This document shows positions 46,489-49,401 of a DNA stretch of 49,401 bases, in pieces. Numbering within the stretch: position 1 is the stretch's first letter; each line of letters starts with the position of its first letter. Both the position numbers and the translations under genes were made by a program. Origin of the DNA: Acidimicrobiaceae bacterium (GTDB lineage Bacteria; Actinomycetota; Acidimicrobiia; Acidimicrobiales; RAAP-2); assembly GCA_003169235.1 (NCBI GenBank), contig PMPX01000131.1, forward strand, positions 4,600-54,000, written 5' to 3'. A model generated the notes under the pieces. That model saw nothing but the letters and a program-made list of their open reading frames with translations, was not told the origin of the DNA and made no database searches.

Positions 46489-47583
46489 ATGAGATCCCTC
46501 GGCGCCGTGCGGCGGGTCAGCGTCACGCTGGTCGGCGCGGTGCTCCTCTTCGCCGCCATCCTCGCGGCGAGCTATGCCATCGCCCACCAGGTGCACCAGC
46601 GCCACGCGCAGGCCGTGCTCGTCCAGAGCGAGCGGTCCGCCATGGCCAGGACCGCCACGAACAGCCACGGTGCCGCCTGCCAGCTGGCCGGCGTCCAACC
46701 CGGGCAGCTGTCGGGCATCCTCAGCATTCCCGCCATCAGCCTGACGGCCCCCGTCGAGGAGGGCACGGACGACCAGGAGCTCAACGTCGCCGTCGGGCAC
46801 GACCCGGCATCGGTCTGGCCCGGGGTGGGCGGCGCGGCCGTGTTCCTGGCCCACGACGTGAGTTACTTCGTGCACCTCAATGCGTTGAAGCCGGGTGACG
46901 TGCTCACGTACCAGACGGCCTGCAACACGGTGAAGTTCGTGGTGAGCGGGCAGCAGGTGGTCCCAGCCGGCTCACCGGTCTCCAACACGAGCACGCCGAG
47001 CGTGGTCCTCGACACCTGCTGGCCGCCCAACGCCCTTTTCTTCACGCCCGACCGACTCCTGGTCCGGGCGACCGAGGTGGGCGCGGTCACCGAGGGGGGC
47101 AACCTGAACCCGGGCGCGGAGTTCATCGAGACCGTCACGGCCACCGACTACTCGACCTCGGCACCGCCGGCGCTGCAGGCCCAGGGGCTGACGCTCGACC
47201 AGAACGAGGCGCCCATGGGCACGATGCACCTGGTGAACGCGTCGGTGACCTTCGCCCAGTCGCCCGGTCCGCTCGCGCTCGAGGCGGCCGCGCTCGAAAC
47301 CTACTTCGGCGGCTTGCACGCCGCCGGCCGGCGCCAGGCGTCCTGGTGGGGAACCCTCGCTCCGGGCGTGGCCATGCCGCCGCAGCTGAGCGGTGCCACG
47401 GTCGCCGGGCACGACGCCCCCCTCGACGTGGAGATCGACTCGGCCCGCGGGAGCCCCACGCAGGTCGTGCTGCGCACGAGGGTGACTCTCGCCGGGGGCG
47501 CCGCGCCGGGTGAGCACGCCATGACGGTGGTTCTCCCCGTCCACGGCTCCGTGGTCACGGTCGGGAGCTGGACCTTCTCTTGA
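46489..47583 (+). CDS. membrane-anchored sortase-domain protein with extra ~170-aa C-terminal domain
   Basis: The N-terminal TM is VTLVGAVLLFAAILAASYAIA. The sortase core has ILSIPAISLTAPVEEGT, His in VFLAHDV, Cys in VVLDTCWPP and Arg in LLVRATE. The C-terminal half has no motif I recognise. Confidence 0.75.
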   Translation: MRSLGAVRRVSVTLVGAVLLFAAILAASYAIAHQVHQRHAQAVLVQSERSAMARTATNSHGAACQLAGVQPGQLSGILSIPAISLTAPVEEGTDDQELNVAVGHDPASVWPGVGGAAVFLAHDVSYFVHLNALKPGDVLTYQTACNTVKFVVSGQQVVPAGSPVSNTSTPSVVLDTCWPPNALFFTPDRLLVRATEVGAVTEGGNLNPGAEFIETVTATDYSTSAPPALQAQGLTLDQNEAPMGTMHLVNASVTFAQSPGPLALEAAALETYFGGLHAAGRRQASWWGTLAPGVAMPPQLSGATVAGHDAPLDVEIDSARGSPTQVVLRTRVTLAGGAAPGEHAMTVVLPVHGSVVTVGSWTFS

Positions 47584-47608
47584 GCGTGGGTCTGGGCCCA
47601 GCCGAGCG

Positions 47609-47627
47609 GGCGACCGCAAGGGTCGCC
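47609..47627 (+). other. 7-bp stem-loop between the sortase gene and the downstream gene
   Basis: GGCGACC-gcaag-GGTCGCC forms a perfect stem with no adjacent U-tract. A strong SD (GGAGGAGGA) follows, ahead of the ATG at 47688. Confidence 0.3.
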
Positions 47628-47687
47628 ACCCACCCACGTTTCTCCTGTGAGAACCCGGGTGGGGTTTCCGGAGGAGGAACGGTTCAC

Positions 47688-48872
47688 ATGAGCTTCGACC
47701 AGATGGACGACATGCACGACGAGATGCTGCACGGCGAGTTTCGGTCGGATGGGAAGGACGCGGCGCCCGAGCCGGTCGCCGAGGAGACCGAGGGACCGAG
47801 GGGGCTCTCGCGCTTCCGCACTGCCACCATGGTGGGAGCCGGCGGTCTCGCCTGCGCCGCCATCGGCGCCTTCTTCGGCGGTCTCGGCGGCTCCTTCACG
47901 ATCGACCCGACCGCCACCCACTCTGTCGCCTCGTCGAACTCACCGGAGCAGACCCTGGCGGCGACGGTCAACCAGGCCTACGACTCCGCGCCGGCGTCGA
48001 GCGGCCCGGGTGCCGCGGCCGCGGCCTCCTTCTCACCGGTGTCGGGGCCTCTCACGCGAGGCATCGCCGCCTTCCAGACGCTCATGGGCGACCCGTCGAC
48101 GAACCTGCCGGTGACCACCCTGTCCCTCGGCGGCTTCGGGATCCCGGGCGCCACCGGCACGGCCGGTGCCGGGACCGCGGGCGTCGGCGGCGGCGGGGTC
48201 GCAACGGGGTGCACGAGCGCCCAGGGTGCCCTGGGCGTCAGCTGCATCCTCGACGACCTGACCAGCATCCTGGGTGGCCTGGGGACGGCTGAGAGCATTC
48301 CCTCGAGCCCGCTCGACGGCCTCGCACCCACGCTGGCCGTCTCCGAGGTGACCGGCACGCTGTCGTACCTGAACTCGCTGGTGCCCGTGACAGGGTTGCC
48401 GACGACAGGGTTGCCGACGACCGGGTTGCCGACGGGCCTGCCCACTGGTGGCCTGACCACGACCGGTTTGCCGCCGACGGTGCTGGGGTTGTTGGCCGCG
48501 TCGGTCCCGGCGACGGCCGGTGGGGGGAGCTCGGCGCCACTCCCCGGCGCCGCAGCCCTGGCTCAGGCGCTGAGTGGCGTCGGAGGCAGCCCCGGTGGCT
48601 CCACCACGACGTCCACTGTCCCCTCGCTGCCGCTGCCCCCGACGGGTGCCACGGTGCCGAGCGTGCCCAGCCTCCCGGTGACCACGCCGTCCGGCTCGCT
48701 GCCGGCGCCCGCGACCGTCACCACGCCCTCGAGCAGCGGGTCGTCCACGGTCAACGTGCCGTTGCCCGCGCTCCCGGTGCCGGTGAGCACGCCCACCATC
48801 TCCGGCGGCGGCATCTCGGTCGGCATGAGCTCGAGCGGCTCGACGTCGGGTCTGACCCTCACCATGCCGTAG
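47688..48872 (+). CDS. N-terminally anchored Ser/Thr/Pro/Gly-rich protein with tandem LPTTG repeats
   Basis: The ATG at 47688 follows GGAGGAGGA. The N-terminus is acidic, then comes the TM span MVGAGGLACAAIGAFFGGLGG, then low-complexity sequence including TGLPTTGLPTTGLPTGLPTGG. There is no C-terminal hydrophobic tail. Confidence 0.6.
   Translation: MSFDQMDDMHDEMLHGEFRSDGKDAAPEPVAEETEGPRGLSRFRTATMVGAGGLACAAIGAFFGGLGGSFTIDPTATHSVASSNSPEQTLAATVNQAYDSAPASSGPGAAAAASFSPVSGPLTRGIAAFQTLMGDPSTNLPVTTLSLGGFGIPGATGTAGAGTAGVGGGGVATGCTSAQGALGVSCILDDLTSILGGLGTAESIPSSPLDGLAPTLAVSEVTGTLSYLNSLVPVTGLPTTGLPTTGLPTGLPTGGLTTTGLPPTVLGLLAASVPATAGGGSSAPLPGAAALAQALSGVGGSPGGSTTTSTVPSLPLPPTGATVPSVPSLPVTTPSGSLPAPATVTTPSSSGSSTVNVPLPALPVPVSTPTISGGGISVGMSSSGSTSGLTLTMP
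48390..48478 (+). repeat. in-frame 15-bp tandem repeat (ACAGGGTTGCCGACG x2 perfect, third copy 1 mismatch, then degenerate copies) encoding (TGLPT)n
   Basis: The units are 48390-48404, 48405-48419 and 48420-48434. They degenerate into GGCCTGCCCACTGGT... up to about 48478. The repeat lies inside CDS 47688..48872. Confidence 0.85.
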
Positions 48873-48942
48873 GCGTACAGAGCGCGTAGCGTGCGGGTTG
48901 CCGGCACGCAGGTCGGTGACCGGCACACCGGAGGAGGGTTCC

Positions 48943-49311
48943 ATGGTCAGGCTGACGTGCCTTTTGCGCCGCAAGGACGGTCTCACCCCGGCCGAGTTCC
49001 ACGCCCACTGGCGCGAGGTCCACGGCCCGTTGATCGCGGCCAGCCTGAGTGGTCGCCACGTCGTCCGCTACGAGCAGCACCCGCGTCCTCTCGACGATTA
49101 CGGCGGCGACGACGATCCGGGGTTCGACGGCGTGACGGTCCAGTGGTTCGAGAGCATGGAGGCGTACCGGGCGCACATGGGAGAGCCCGATTTCCCGGAC
49201 ATCTGGGCCGACATCGAGCGCTTCCTCGACACCGACCAGCTGCACTTCATCCTCACCGAGCACCCTCGCGTCGTCATGGGCGACGACGCCGCTTCATTCC
49301 CCCTGGCCTGA
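48943..49311 (+). CDS. EthD family protein
   Basis: It starts at ATG 48943. MVRLTCLLRRKDGLTPAEFHAHWREVHGPL and VQWFESMEAY are typical of the EthD domain. Confidence 0.75.
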   Translation: MVRLTCLLRRKDGLTPAEFHAHWREVHGPLIAASLSGRHVVRYEQHPRPLDDYGGDDDPGFDGVTVQWFESMEAYRAHMGEPDFPDIWADIERFLDTDQLHFILTEHPRVVMGDDAASFPLA

Positions 49312-49401
49312 GAGAACCGGCGGCGGGAGCGCCGTGAGCCCCGGGACTGCAGCCGGATGCGCCCGCTGCTCCTCGAGCGGGACGTCCGTCGGCGGTCCCG
49401 T

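Noticed and set aside
48390-48478. The short tandem repeat as a CRISPR or minisatellite-type non-coding array
   Set aside because: The repeats are contiguous with no spacers, have a 15-bp period that keeps the frame, and lie inside a CDS. They encode the (TGLPT)n peptide repeat.

Overview
This is a very GC-rich chromosomal segment that looks actinobacterial: third codon positions are almost all G/C, and GTG/TTG starts and 4-nt start/stop overlaps are common. That composition produces many long spurious antisense or out-of-frame ORFs rich in Arg, Pro and Gly. I discarded those and called about 45 genes plus one tRNA. Most of the window is ordinary metabolism and housekeeping: a partial amidase, a WYL regulator, DinB and DsbA family proteins, a PLP decarboxylase, LarC/LarB, prephenate dehydratase, an MFS transporter, an amidohydrolase with two VOC proteins, RidA, a DHFR-like protein, a YciI/ECF-sigma pair, a Baeyer-Villiger monooxygenase, a 5'-3' exonuclease, a Liv-type ABC importer, a sulfotransferase, a quinone oxidoreductase, tRNA-Ser(UGA), TypA/BipA, a patatin-like lipase, a methyltransferase, the large helicase Lhr, 5-oxoprolinase PxpA and a fused PxpBC, TauE and EthD. 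I saw no CRISPR array, transposase, integrase or recognisable defence system. Six candidates deserve follow-up. (1) A sortase-centred three-gene surface locus at 44.5-48.9 kb, with a non-LPXTG sorting signal on one neighbour and tandem internal LPTTG motifs on the other. (2) A split, domain-permuted PEP-utilising phosphotransferase whose ATP-grasp half is fused to a cyclic-nucleotide-binding domain (26.8-29.7 kb). (3) A GNAT-AAA+ fusion protein (17.8-19.0 kb). (4) Two tandem uncharacterised paralogues upstream of typA that look like degenerate PD-(D/E)XK folds. (5) A run of six tightly abutting or overlapping genes of unrelated function (34.8-43.6 kb). (6) larB-larC coupled to a PLP decarboxylase with no larE or larA in the window. 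All family assignments come from reading motifs by eye; no searches were run.
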